Shown here piece by piece: positions 26,173 to 40,734 of a stretch of DNA of 64,000 nucleotides. The stretch is from positions 23,622,001 through 23,686,000 of the forward strand of contig NC_087257.1 of the NCBI RefSeq assembly GCF_037042905.1, in the 5' to 3' direction. Under the pieces are notes generated by a model that did not search any database, was not told where the DNA came from, and saw only the letters and a program-made list of their open reading frames with translations. A program made the translations under genes and the position numbers. The stretch's first letter is position 1. Every line of letters starts with the position of its first letter. The stretch comes from Lytechinus pictus. Taxonomy: Eukaryota.

Positions 26173-29100
26173 TACCGGAAGCAGGTGGTCCACGTATAAA
26201 GGACATACAAAGAATTTCATGATTCAGTAGCCAATGGGTTAAATAACAAATTTCTACATGTACTTTACATCTATGCATACACAATTAAAGTTTTTTCTAG
26301 TGCAGTGATTATTTGGAAGTTGACATTACATTGATTAGTAGATACTGAAACAAAAACATGTGTGTGTTAAATTTTCACTGAATGATGTGTGTCAATCAAA
26401 ATACACATCAGGGACCGACATTTAACGTCACCTTCGTAAAATGCTACCCGGGCTCGAACCTCAAACCTATGCATTCTTTTGCAACTTCCCCAATGGAGCT
26501 TGGATGGATAATATGGAACAGAAAAATTCTAAATACTACTTTTTAAGTAGCAATAAACAAATTTGATTACTTTACCTACAAACATTGCAGTGGATGTAAT
26601 ATAAAGTGCAACTCTGGAATTGATCATAATATATAATAAACCAAATTTATTCAAATATCACTTTGTAGCGAACAAAGCAGGAATGCATGAAGTACCGCTG
26701 CAAGCACAAAGCTGCCATTTTCTGCTTTTCTGCTATTATGTACACTGCAAACAGGAGGGGGGAAATATGGCAGGAAAAACGACGCCGGGTTGCGGCTGTG
26801 CTCACGTACCGCCAATCCCGCCATTGATTTGCAGTTATTGATCATTCATAGAGACTTCACGGAGCTAATGAATTTCATTTACTATCAAGCAGGCTTTAAT
26901 GGGACAATGTCAAACGGAGGCATGACAGAAGTGCAACAGTATCACACTTACGCAGAGCCATGCATAGCAATCCACCTGCCAGCATGTTTAAACAAGCCAC
27001 AAATAAAACATTTTATATCTCACGGAAATCAATGTAACGTTTTCTTTGACCCTGTCCTGGCTGGCATACATTATCTAGCAATGAGTTCAACATACATTCC
27101 ATATCATGATCTGTTATGGAATTAGTGGAAACATCCAAGGTACATGTACACAATGTCGAATTGGAGACGTAATTTTTTTTTTTAATATTCCCAAGATCTA
27201 TAGTAGATGTGAACCACTCCTGAAAAAATAGAAGAAAAAAAAACATTACCTTAAAAGAATATTAGAAGGCAGAAAAAAACAAAAGTTAAAAAAAAAAAGT
27301 GCCATAACACCTGTTATTTCACAGCAGAGTCAGAGCCAGGCCTATGTAATATTGCACAGATGGAAGATTTCCGCTCAAATTGTATCATGTTTTTATAATA
27401 GCATACTATGGCGGCTACTAAAGAACTCTGTAGGCTATAGGCCTATATTATAAATACTCTATATGTACAGTATATCTGTTATCATCACTAACTATAGTAA
27501 ACATAATATCAGCTCTATACACTAGTAAGGATAGTCCATAGGACAAGACATCCAAATCTCTCCAAACTCACTCCTCCATTTTTAACAGAAGAGAAACAGT
27601 GAGCTCGAGGCCAATCAAGCCAATCTGTTATCGCGTTGCCATGGAAATGAAATTGTGTTGAGAGACAGATTTAGAACTGAAGGAGTTTGCAAATTGTCAT
27701 TACAATATACATTCATTAAAGTAGCCTGTCCTTTAAGAATAGGCTAAATGGTAATACACAGTACATGCATTGAACATAGAGGTAATATTCCACCAGGAAG
27801 AAAGCTGAAATCAAAATTAAATACGGTAAATACAGTGAATTATTAGGAATTATAAGTTTTTAAAAGAAACTGACTACGGGAAATTTAAAAATATTTATAA
27901 TATGTAAGATTTTGTAAATCATAAAATATATGCCCATGAATTGTGTCAAGACACATGATGCAATATGTGATGTCACATCAAGGAAACCAACTCCAGACGG
28001 ATCAAAACTGTTACATTTATCGGTTTGGAGTCAAGTTTCATAAGTCTGACTGAAGCCACAAGCTGTGGCAGGGTTGAGGTAACGCTGCCATGTCAACATC
28101 ATGACCAATCATCATGCAAGACAGTACGGGAGAGGAAAGGTATCCATATTCCAGTTATACCGGTAGAGGGGCGGCTTTTGACACTTAATTGCACCTGCTC
28201 AAATTTCGTAGTGTGACCTTTAGGACCAGGATGAAAGCGAGAAGGACAGTGCAGGGGAACACTTGAATGTGTAATCATTCAAAACAGCTTGTATTTCAAA
28301 TGAGGGATCACTGATGTTCAGAGACAATGTATTGGATGAGAGCCAGAGGGACGTTACATTGCCAGAGTTTAGGTAGAAATCACATTCATTGCCGTTCTGG
28401 CACTGAAATGAATATTTGAAGATTGAGATGGTGTATACATAGGGTGAGAGCTCAAAAAAGCATGGAGCTACAATAAAACAATTACAATACGTTCAAGGTT
28501 TCCAAGTACTGAGTCATTGTCCCTGCTGCACGAAAAAGAAAAAAAAATAATGAAAATGTAATTAAAATTATGATTATGATTCAATAATAATGATGATTAT
28601 GATATCAACAATAAATTATAGCAATAATAATAACAATAGTAATAAAAAAACAATCATGATGACAATTAATATTGACAATGATGACGATCATCTTGTGATT
28701 ATCAAAATGGATGTCTCCTCGCAAAATAATTTTCCAATAGGCCAAACAACAATCAAGCTTTTCTCTTCTTGAATATATATACAAGCATTTTGCATTATGT
28801 TTTTTTTCATTTATTATGTCATATTTGTTTCTTATCATATATATTTCTTTATTTTCATTTTAACTTCATTTATTTCAATCTAAAAGCCTGCACAGCCTTA
28901 TGAAAGTGTTTTATCATCACTTTATTCATTACAATTTTATAATACGTGCACACCCTGTATATTCAAAGCTCAATGAAGGAATTAATTAATTTTCATGACG
29001 CATGTACATGTAACTAGGAAATAAGACTTGTAAAGAGGTCCATATTCCCATCGTTTTTCAAGAGAGAGATATACATGTACCTGATCCCAATCATTGATTT

Positions 29101-29717
29101 TGATGTTGGTAAATCGCTATATCCAAAACCTAATTTCCCCATGCCTCTCCAGAGGCATTTCCCAGTAATTAATCACCCAATTAACATGAAAATTGAATAT
29201 GGAATGATCCATCCAATATGAAATACCCGCCTGGGTGCCATAAAAAGAGATAATCTAGCCCCCCCAAGATTCTTTCCTGGGCCGATAAATGATGTGCACA
29301 GGTGTGGGGTATACACGCTCAAAGCACTCGTACATCAAATGAAAAACACCTGACTGGAATGAGTATGTGGTGTGTACATGCATAAAAGACAAATGAAGGC
29401 GACATCTGCACTTGATTTATTCATTAAAAGCATGATTAATATCACAATATGACGACAGTCGACAAACTAATTACTCCGTGGGGAGTAGCTCCATGTAACA
29501 TTGACGGCATACTATGCACAGAAGAGGCGAATAGCGTCAAATCAAGGAGATATCACCTCTGATATCTCCTTTGTCAAATAAAAGACTTCTTATCATGCGA
29601 TTATATTACACTTTACTGAAAACAAAGTATGCTCACCCATTATAAAATTTGTAAATCCCTATTGTTAAAAAAAAATCTAGAAATAGACATCCTCCAAAAA
29701 AATTCATCTTGCCAATT

Positions 29718-29778
29718 TATATATATCTATATATAATTATATATATATATAATTATATATATATATATTTATATATAA
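29718..29778. repeat. (TA)n microsatellite
   Basis: Interrupted TA repeats. Confidence 0.9.
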
Positions 29779-29879
29779 ATGTGTTTTTTTTTGTTTTTTG
29801 CAAAATTATCAAAATAACATGATGTACATGACTGTCTAGAAACTGAACTGAAAACTGCAATTGAAAGCAAGCTGTTCAG

Positions 29880-30008
29880 GGGCCCGTAACACAAAGCTTA
29901 GCAATGATCGTAGAACATTTTTCTACGATTGATTGCATTGACTACAATGTACAATGAATCGTGAAAATCAAGTGTACGATTAATCGCTAACCTTTATGTT
30001 ACAGGACC
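29880..30008. mobile_element. Second copy of the ~130-bp Harbinger-like MITE
   Basis: Highly similar to 16920-17047; flanked by CAG/CTG. Confidence 0.85.
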
Positions 30009-33000
30009 CTGAAATGTTATACTTGTATACTCATCATATAGAGGAGAAATTATCAAACAAAATCCAAAAATGAAACAGAATTCATTGACTCAGAAATGAC
30101 ATCTTGAATTATAAACAAGCTCTCATGAACTAAAGGTGGTTACAATTTAGAGTTCAAATATTCCTAAATGCATAGGCAGCAATCCTTGTAGGGCAGGAGG
30201 ACCTGGTGAACCTGCCCCCTAAAAAATATATTTTGTACAACAGCCTATGAAAGAGAATCATCTCAGTCCCCCCCCCCCCCTTTCCACCAACTTGGCCCCC
30301 TGACGAAATATTTTAAGAAAATTGCTGGGCCTGGTTAAATCTATTTGTGTATAAAATATATACTTCAAAAAAATGTTGGTACTATTTTGTAAATGCATTA
30401 AATGTAAACATGAATTTGAAACATGTGATCTCTGAATTCTATCAAATTTTCAAATGAACAAAATCAAAATATGATATATTCCAAGACAGTAAACATCATA
30501 CATGAACCTACTGTTCTGATAACTGAATTTATTTATGGATTAAAAGTGGATTTTATCCCAAATGGCATTGGAGCTTGTCAGTTATGTGGGATGAATAATG
30601 ATCATTTGATTTTACCTTTCAGATGGATTCTTAATTGATTAAATCTGGGTCAACTTTGTACAGTGTACATGTATTACTGTACAAGTAATGTACATGTATG
30701 TACACAGGAGGGAAACACCCTTTTACACAACCAGTGTAAACAAATCATCAGCGCACTGATATAGCTTTTTGTGTCCTTGCCATGCATGTCAAATTAACCT
30801 TTCAAAATAGCCGCATAATTTGCTAAAAGGTCTCTCGTTTTGATGTGATTTTTTTTATCCTTTGCTATCTAGATCTTACCATTAGGTAGCATCTCATCAG
30901 AGAGTGGCACAATACAACTAACCTTGTTTGATGAAGGTATAAAATAGGAAAGTGGGAGGATGTACATATAGTTTGAAAACAGATATTGAGGGATGTCATA
31001 AAGACAGACAGAAAGAGGAGGATTAGTGAGAAAGAGATAGGGAGAGGAGGAAGAGATGAGTGGAGAAAAGAGTAGAGGGGCAGAGAGAGGAAGGAGGAAG
31101 GGGAAAAAGGAACAGATGAAAGAGAGAAAGAGACTGAGGGATTGGGACAACTGAACAAGGGGGAAAAGGTGAAAATATGAATTTCTATCTTTATATCATA
31201 CAAATTGAAAACATTTAGCCTTTGCCCTTTTCCTCCCCATAAACCATCAGGGGCATATGCCCATCACTATAAAAAGTTAACTTTTCACATTTATTGTATG
31301 TTCCTTTTTTTTTTCATTTTGAGTTTTAACTTTTAAGGCTACCTTGATGGTGAGGTTTGAGTCAATATCTAGAATCCTATCTGTGGTAGATATGAGGTAA
31401 CCTTCCCCTAATAATCATATTGTCAATGTTATTTAAAAATGCACTTTGAAAACACAAAGGGTAGAAGAGTGACAGTGTTTCAAAATCCTGTTCTTCCTTG
31501 GCCATTACCTATCCCTTTCGATCCATTTTTAGAGTGGACCTAATATCTGTCAACGCCTTTCCTTCCCCCCTCCCCCTCCTCTTTCCCTAAATCTGTACAT
31601 CTTACGGCTGCAAATGGCCAACTATATATCTAGTTTAAACTTGGGTGTAAACAAAAAATACACAAATATAATCTTTGTAGTGTGAAAAACTTTCAGTTTT
31701 TAGACATTTATAAACCTACCCATGCAGGATTAATTAGCCCAGTCTTGAGGGTAGTGTGAAAGGGTTTTCACTGTTACTTTCACCCCCCCCATCCCCCTCA
31801 GGGCATCTTGTACCAGGTGTTTAACTGATGCTATGTACTATTAAACATGCCAACATTAAAAGCACAGTCGCACATTAAATTTATAATAACACATGGTGCT
31901 TCAGTCATGTGATGTTGTATAGCATATGCTAACAAAGTGCTTGGAATATTTCCTTCATTTATTGACCCTATACATGTACATGTATGTAGCATTGACAGTA
32001 CGTTTCAGAATATAGAATTTGTGGTGTGTCAAGCAAGGGAGAATGATGATCATGTAGAGTACTATCTTATGAAAATATTTATTTCCTTTACATTTTGTTC
32101 ATGATTTATTCAATTTATTTATTCCCCTCATCATAAGTTTCTGTACGATAACATTCTCCTTAACATTTTAAATTACTGAATTATTCTCCTCCCCTTTTTT
32201 ATTCATCCTCCATCTTCTCCTCGTCCTTCTTTTCCACCTCCTGATTCTCCTCCTTCCTCCTTACCCTCCCTTCCTTCTTAATCCTTCTTCTTCTTCACTT
32301 CAATATTTTCCTTCTATTTTCCCTCTTCCCCTTCTCTTTGTCATTTCATGATTCTTACATTGCATCATTACCACTATATCAAATTAAAATTGAGAGTCAC
32401 AACACCCCCACCCCCCTTATTCCTACCACAGCAATAAAAGAAAACCTGCAACAACATCTGTGCTCTATGTAAATGTTACCCCACTGTCCAAATATCACCC
32501 TACGGAATGTTTCTCCACTCTCCAAGCAGACACCAAATCACCGTGCAATATTGCACTATGGCATCAAAGCTAAATAATGGATTTAATTCACAGGTATTTC
32601 TCCCACAAGACGGCACAGTCTGTCAACATTTGACATGTTTCTTCAAGGAAAATAATTTTCCGAATTGATTTTTTAATATAAACACCTTGTATGCTTAGCT
32701 GCTAGTGCACACTGAGGTGAAAGACAAAACCCACGGTGGGATATTAATTGTTCTATTTACACATAGGTGAATGTTCTTCTGGATAAGAGAATAAGAATGC
32801 ATGGCAGATACGGAAGGACACATAATTCATGTCACATGCTTAAACACTGATTAGACAGTGGCAGATCTAGGAAGGGGGCCGGGGGTTTAGGGGTTTAAAC
32901 CCCCAACTCGGGCTCCTTAAAAAATATTTAAAAAGGTGTGGGGAATCAAACTCCAACACCCCTTCCCTGTTTGCGAGAGTTACGCAAGCAGAGCAGTGAC

Positions 33001-34377
33001 GGATCTATGGGGGGGGGGGTAGGACGCATTACGTCGCACCTCATCATTTGTGTCAAACCAACTTGTCAAACTCCCTTCTTAGCAAAACATTTAGATCCAC
33101 TACTGTTAGTAGAAACAATAAAGAAGAGCAATGTTTTATGAACAAAATACACTCCTTTTTTCTTTTTTTTGATAGGATATCTAGCAGAGTCGGAGAATAC
33201 ATGCCCTTTTGCTGGAGCGATTTTACAGTTTTGAGTAATTTTATATGCCTAATTCATTTATTCATCATTCATTTAATAATATGAATGTTCCACACACTTA
33301 TTTATATATCTACTTCAATACTTGAACTTTCATTATCTCACTTATCGATTCATTCTGGATAATTTCCATTAATTCATACTCATTTATCTATATGCTTGTT
33401 TTATTCATGTATTTATAATACTTACTTGTAATTTCAAGTACAATCCAAAATGCTTACAGTGTTCAATACAATAATGTTGTAAATGAAAAGACAACAAATT
33501 ACAAAAATATACATGTAAATGCAAGGCACAATGTCTTTATGCCTCATTAAAGAATCTAATATCATAACAACCTTGGCTGATATAAATGGCTCGGAGTCTG
33601 CCGCTACATGTGTATCAAGGCAAAATGTTATATACTTCATACGGGTTTATGGCTTCTCCTAATTATAGTTGAGATCAGAGGAAGTATCTACCATGCCTCA
33701 GGTTTTCAGCCATTTTTTTTCCGGGTGAAAAAGTAGGCCCGTTTTCTGACGTTGAGTTTAATTCACACTGGTTTAAAGGTGTGGCTGGATAATGGATAGC
33801 CAATAGTGGCATAATCTCTAACAGTATAATTCCAATGTATCAGCTCATTTTTCTCTCAAAACATTCCGCACTGTTTCATCAGGATAAGATTGTTTTCTTC
33901 ACCATTCACGAGCTCATAGGAAAGAGCACAGTTAACATAAGACATAAAATGTAAGGAATATTATACCTTCTTGCTTTTTGTTGAAAAAGTGAGAATGAAA
34001 CAGAAATTCCTGATACAGTATAATTATTTGAAATCTTCACAGTGAATGAAACCAAAAATGTTGATATTTCCAATATTCACATGTATGTGCTACAACTGAG
34101 GATTAGATAATCTAGATTACATCCTAAGGAAACATATATCCAAAATATACTGTTTACTGGCTGTGTGTATGTAGCACCACTTCAACAGAAGCCTGTGGAA
34201 AGATAGGCGATAGTGACATCGCAGATTGGCCAGGCTTTTAGGAATTCATGAATATATTTTAAAAAGGAAGCTTCAAAATGGTGTGTTTTTACTCCCTACT
34301 CAACAAGCTCTTGAGTAATGCACATATTTATTGAATTAAATAAAAATGCCTCAGGTATATATTCTGACTGATACCTG

Positions 34378-34508
34378 GGTCCCCTCACTCAAAGCCTACG
34401 AATCAATCATAAAGGTTGATTTGTCCAACAGATTACACATGCTTATCTATGCAATCGATCGTAAACATAAGCCCTATAATCAATTGCGAAGCTGTGTGTT
34501 TCAGGACC
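34378..34508. mobile_element. Diverged Harbinger-like MITE, CTG TSD
   Basis: CTG|GGTCCC...ACTCAAAG ... TGTGTTTCAGGACC|CTG; same size class as the two copies above. Confidence 0.55.
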
Positions 34509-35048
34509 CTGGAAGTAGATGTATTCATTCCATCATGCCTGATTATTTTTCACATCACCAGCATCAGTAAAAATTCATTCCATCGATAAAGTTGAATTCA
34601 CGGGTGAGGAGTTGATGCCGGAGACAAAAGTGAGGACTTGTATTTTGTTTTGACGGTCTTTAATGGACAAAAAGAGGCTCCATTGCATTTCTAAAGGCTC
34701 AATAATTCTTTATCAAATGTATACTCATATTGACCAATCATACTGTGTTAAGCGCCTTGTTCATATTTCTTCTGGAAAGCAAATAGCGTTTGTTTCTTGA
34801 TGTCTTACAGTGTATGGGAAATATGACAGTACAACGAAAATTAAATGGAAAAATATCTTATTTTTATATTGAATATAAAATGAACACAAATATAATCTTT
34901 ATCTTCAATGAGTCAAAGTCCATCAACTAAAAAAATATGTACTTACAAATAAAAAAAAATAAACAAGTTCTGTTTTCTTTTAAAACAACTTGCACATAGA
35001 GTAACACTGCACATTTTTACATTTGTTTTAGTTTTGCAAGTTCTTAAC

Positions 35049-35420
35049 CACTATTGATTCATTTTAGAGCTTATCGTATTTTATCATTTACAATTCCTTG
35101 TTGTAATTGAATCAGAAAGGTATTTTTTATGGTAGGCAGATTTTAAGAGTGAAATCTATTGCACTGTACTGTGTTCAGAGCAGCTGTGTCAAAGGGGAAA
35201 CAAATCATGAATGGGCCATGATTTTTCATGAATGAAAAATCACTATTGATTCATTTTAGAGCTTATCGTATTTTATCATTTACAATTCCTTGTTGTAATT
35301 GAATCAGAAAGGTAATTTTTGTGGTAGGCAGATTTTAAGAGTGAAATCTATTGCACTGTACTGTGTTCAGAGCAGCTGTGTCAAAGGGGAAACAAATCAT
35401 GAATGGGCCATGATTTTTCA
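35049..35420. repeat. Tandem duplication of ~180 bp (period 192)
   Basis: 35049-35228 and 35241-35420 appear identical except for 2 substitutions. Confidence 0.95.
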
Positions 35421-38294
35421 AAAGTCTCAGAGGAAAAAATCGACATATACATAAATTATAGAAAAAGAGAGAAAAGTACAAAAAGGAGATGAAATGGAAA
35501 AAAAAGTTTGTCCAAAAAGCAATGGCTTGGTCATAACTAATCGCCCTATATTTTATTCATTTTATATTATACCCTGGTGCCATCCTGGTGCCACCCCGAG
35601 TGTGCTGTTGCCATAGTTACAGCATAGTCTAATGCAGGTGGTGAACTGCTATTACGTACTGCATGTACATGGTGCAGCTGGTGTTAAAAGAGGTAATTTT
35701 CATGTTTATTGAAATCATATTTGGAGGATAATATGCTGGTTACAAAAGAAATAGCAAAATAATTATGCAGGAGTAGACCATTATTCATAACTTTGGGGTA
35801 CAGAAAGTGAATCAATTTCAGTTTTATTGAATTTTTTTTCAAAAGAGAAATCAAGAAAAAGCACATGTTCATTCCATTACCAGTTCTCACTTCTTGGAAG
35901 GATCCTATGAAGGAAAAAATACGACATTCTCAAAATGCAGTTGAATTACAATTTTCATAAACTGAAAAGAAAAGACCTGCACCGTCAAAACTTAGAATAC
36001 TTCCCCCCCCCCCCCACCACTAAAAAGGGGGGTAACATCAGTTCAAAAAGGGGAGACTTCTCAGAACAGGAAGGAACAACAAACAACTTTAATATTGCAA
36101 AAAACAGGGGGATCCATGCCTGAATATGATTCACGATAAACAGGAATGTCCATCTTGGAGTTGCTATATGTGTCTTGTCAGGTACCTTTGTACCACTTGG
36201 CCATGGCACCGCCACAACCAGCACCTTCAAAGCCATCAACAGAGCATGTAAAAAAAAAAACCATCATGTGCATGTAACAAAACAGAGTTACAGAAGTAAT
36301 TTCAACATTCAATGCATCCAAAAATGTATTGCATTTTTTTCCCCTTTTCATTCAGTTTTAAAAGTTCATGGCAGACAGGCATGGTAAAACGTATGGTTGC
36401 CACAGTTTTAGCACATATTATTTGGACCTGAGACAAATTTTTTATTTCATTTTTTTATCCCATGGTTAACTCATTTCAAACAAAACAATAATTCTAATTT
36501 GCTTTTATGTAGAAAGATTAGAAGAAAATAATGCATGTTGGGTGAAAAACTAAATTCATCAAATTCACTTTCTTGAGACTTGTAGTAATGCAATTATTTT
36601 TGTTGTTGCAGTTATTCTCTTAAAGTTGTTGCATATTCTGTTGATATTGGTGCTGTTGTTTTCTGCAATAAATATTTGTTTAGCTAATGTTTTATTGATA
36701 TAGTTGCTGACTCTCTATTATTTTGCCTTCATCTTGTTACAGTACTACATGTAGTTGCTGTTGTTGTGACTATTATCATTGCCACTGTGGTTTTACTAAT
36801 GCCACTACTATATGCAATTGTTGGAGGTGTTTTTGTCAATGTGCTTTTTTATTTTTTCAAGATATGACGAAGACAGAAAACAATGCATCTACTTTTCTGC
36901 GAGACAATTTCCATTCACAAATATTAGTAGATAGTTGCAGGCATAATGACATTACATACGACCGGTACATAACAACCAAGACATTCACGCCGCGACGCAA
37001 CCAGCGTGACACGAGACGTAAAGTCAGTGTGGGTGACACAGCTGGGGAGTGGGAGTGCTGACAGGGATGGGTAGGGAGATAATTCTCTCAAATTAATCCA
37101 TAATTCAGTCATCGGTCTTTCCTCTTACGTACCTACCGTTCAGTCCAGTGTCGGAGGAGAGGGAGAGAGAGAGGAAGATGCATCATCACTATACGAGAAT
37201 TACATGCCCAAGAAGCTTCTAATATTTATGGCACAAGAAAACACTTTCCACTCTAACTCCGACTAAAAAACATGTACATGGGACCTTTATGGGTTAAAAA
37301 CTGAATTCCCCTAATTCATTCATCCATTCTTGAGGAGAGCATCATTTGAGACTATATGCAAATTCAACACTGTACCATATAGGAAACTAATATTTTACTG
37401 CATTTTAATATTTCACACAATAAATATTAATATGGTCAACCGGTCAAACATAGATCCTTTTCTTAATGTAATTTCTTATTCAGACACACACTCTTGTGAT
37501 CAGGTTGATGCTTCTTTTGCATTTTTTCATATTCTAAAATAGGATGAATATTGCATCAAAATCTAATTTCAAGTACACTCTATAGCTTCCTTCAAAGGAA
37601 CGATAAAAAGGGGTGCAATCATGAGTAAAATATGGTAATCAGGTATGTAAGCCAGCATTTTGATCATTAGGCTAACCATTTTTAGATTAATGAGATTTAT
37701 TAGAAGCATCATTATGAGGCTTTAGGTTTCTAATTTAAATGCAACTTTAAAGGGGTAGTGACATAACTCTATCCTACTGATCAAATATTTGTAATGAAAC
37801 TAAAAGTGAAAAACAAATATATACATGCAAGGAAGGAAATATCCCCCAAACAGAAACAAAATACCTGCTATTAAAAACAGATTTTTATTTATTTGTACTT
37901 ACATCATCATTAATTTTTCAATAAAAAAAATAACCTGTATATTCCAACATCAAAAGAGTAGCCCTCTAACATTAAAATAATCATTCAAGTTTAAGTAATT
38001 AGTAAGCCACAGACATTTATTTAAATTCATTTATTTATCATACAATTTATTCAAATATGGATCTTTGCATCACTTTTCAACAAGGTCGCTGTAATCTCAT
38101 GTAGTATAGGTCAACTAATCATTTTTCAAATCATTTGTTAGTAAATAGTTGATTTTTTTTAATCAAACAAGCATAAAGCTGAAAATTTCATGAAAATTTG
38201 ATAGAAAAAGTTTTTTACATTAAAAAAATTCAAATCTGAATTTTAAAACAATTATAGGCATAACCAGTTTGGTATAAAAACAAGGGAAATACTT

Positions 38295-38986
38295 GCATCA
38301 GCGATAAATATATTCTTTTGTAACTAAAGCAAGGTGGAGAAGTGGTCTGTTGAAGTCCAACGGGAGAGGTTTCAATGCACCTTTCACCACCTTTCATCAT
38401 CTTTCCCCGCTAAGTTCAACTGAAAATAAGCCGCTATGACAGGGGTATAGTACACTAAAGGATACTCAGCAGGCCTGTGTTGAATTCACACACCTACTGA
38501 AAGAAACACAAAATCCCATTACGAAAGTTACGATAACTGTTCATGGCCTTTAATGACATTTGCTCACAACCGTTTTCGCTCTAATCCCCCGCCTTCTGCG
38601 TTATAATTACCAGATCTCGATGAGAGTGTCCGAGCAAATTGCATCAGCGATAAATATATTCTTTTGTAACTAAAGCAAGGTGGAGAAGTGGTCTGTTGAA
38701 GTCCAACGGGAGAGGTTTCAATGCACCTTTCACCACCTTTCATCATCTTTCCCCGCTAAGTTCAACTGAAAATAAGCCGCTATGACAGGGGTATAGTACA
38801 CTAAAGGATACTCAGCAGGCCTGTGTTGAATTCACACACCTACTGAAAGAAACACAAAATCCCATTACGAAAGTTACGATAACTGTTCATGGCCTTTAAT
38901 GACATTTGCTCACAACCGTTTTCGCTCTAATCCCCCGCCTTCTGCGTTATAATTACCAGATCTCGATGAGAGTGTCCGAGCAAATT
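38295..38986. repeat. Head-to-tail duplication of 346 bp
   Basis: 38295-38640 and 38641-38986 show no differences on inspection. Confidence 0.95.
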
Positions 38987-40458
38987 CTGAAATGTCATTG
39001 CCTCATCCTCAGCAGTGTCCATTACTCAGGTGGCTCCATATAAATGTACATTGTTGCCCAAGGGGCTAAGTTATTCCTATTTGCACTTTAATTGTAGAGG
39101 GAGTGGTGCGATTGGTTACAAAAGAGATAATCCACATCATCGTCATCTCTTACTGATTGTATTTGAAGAGGAATGGCATTGCCATAATCATTATCAAACT
39201 GCAGCTGAAGGGATGAGGAAGGGACAGGGAGTTGGGGGAGGAGAGAGGGAAGGGGAAATGGGTCATTTAAAAAAGTGCAGTTTGTTACATGTACATTCAT
39301 TAAACAATAAAATGCATATTCCTTGATTTTGATGTTAAAAATGTCATATTCTGTCAATTCCCAACACCCTTTAACATATCTCGAGTAATTAAAAGCCATA
39401 AATTAAAAGTTTTATAGATTTGTTAATTTGAGGCTCTTTAATCATCAATTTGAGGTTGTTGATCCCTCTCCAGGACAGCGTGTACGCTTTTTGGGAGATT
39501 ACTTCAAGGTTCATAGTCCTTTGCCAGGACTGTTCTGCTTTTCAGTTGATCAATATCACGATCCTCGACCTCTACGCCCGAAATGAAAACAGCCCCACGA
39601 TTTGAGGGGCGTGAAGAGGGGATAGCGCGATCACTGGGGATGGCGCGCAGGGGAGAATGAAGCAAGGGGAGAGAAATAACAAGTACACCGACGTCTAGAA
39701 TCTAGACTACAAGGTTCAAGGAGTAGGGTCCTAGGGGTGGCACTTTGTGAAAAGAGGACACATGTTATAACTTTAATACAATGTCCAAATTACCTGTAGG
39801 AAAAATTATGGCGATGATGGATTTCCATATAGTTGGGGTTGATTGGATCAATCGTAACTCTTTGTAAGACAGGACCAAGGTCATTAGTTCAAAATGTCAT
39901 GTTCTGTCAATTCCCGACACCCTTTGACAAATCTCGAGTAATTAAAAGCCATAAAGTAAGAAGTTTTATAGATTTAATTGTCAATTTGAGGCTCTTTAAT
40001 CATCAATTTGAGGTTGTTAATTTGTTTGATCTAGTTTGTACTACCGGTACTGAAAATCCAACAACAGACTTGCTACTGAATGAACTTTATATCAACTATA
40101 ATTATATTTGTACAGTATGATGTACATGTTCATGTACATATGTATTTCCTTTGTTCCAAGATCTATACATTGTTAATAAGCTTTACAAAAATAGCAAGTT
40201 AATTTCATAATAATGACAGTGTCAAAGTCCAATATTTATTTCCTGGGTAAGAGCTTATCCAGTCAAACAAACAGTTGATTTACCCGACACTTTATACTTT
40301 GTTTTCAAGTTCACACCGGAAGAAAATTCTAAATTATAAGTCAAAAAAGGTCAATTCAATCTTGAAATAAAATTTTGAATAATCTACACTGCACTGTGCA
40401 TAATCGCAGTCAGATCAAGTAGCATCAAACTACATGTACAGTAGATCAATTACATTGT

Positions 40459-40734
40459 GGAGCGTTGTGGCCCAGTGGATTAGTCTTCGGACTTTGAAAC
40501 AGAGGGTCGTGGGTTCGAATCCCAGCCATGGCGTAATTTCCTTCGGCAAGAAACTGATCCACAATGTGCTGCACTCAACCCAGGTGAGGTAAATGGGTAC
40601 TGGTAGGAAGTAATTCCTTAAAAAGCTGTGTGCGCTATGAACACCTAGCTTAGCCGGGTAATATAGGAGCGCCTTGAGCACCTAACAAGGTGGATGTGTG
40701 CGCAATATAAATACCCTATATTATATATTATTAT
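40459..40734 (+). mobile_element. Near full-length tRNA-derived SINE (resembles echinoderm SURF1/SINE2-type families)
   Basis: tRNA-like head with Pol III A box (TGGCCCAGTGG ~40468) and B box (GGTTCGAATCC ~40512), a conserved core TGTGCTGCACTCAACCCAGGTGAGGTAAATGGGTAC and an (TA/TTA)n tail. Three further recognisable copies lie in the window. Confidence 0.88.

Noticed and set aside
40459-40530. Possible tRNA gene
   Set aside because: A and B boxes are present, but the sequence continues into a SINE body and tail with several dispersed copies.
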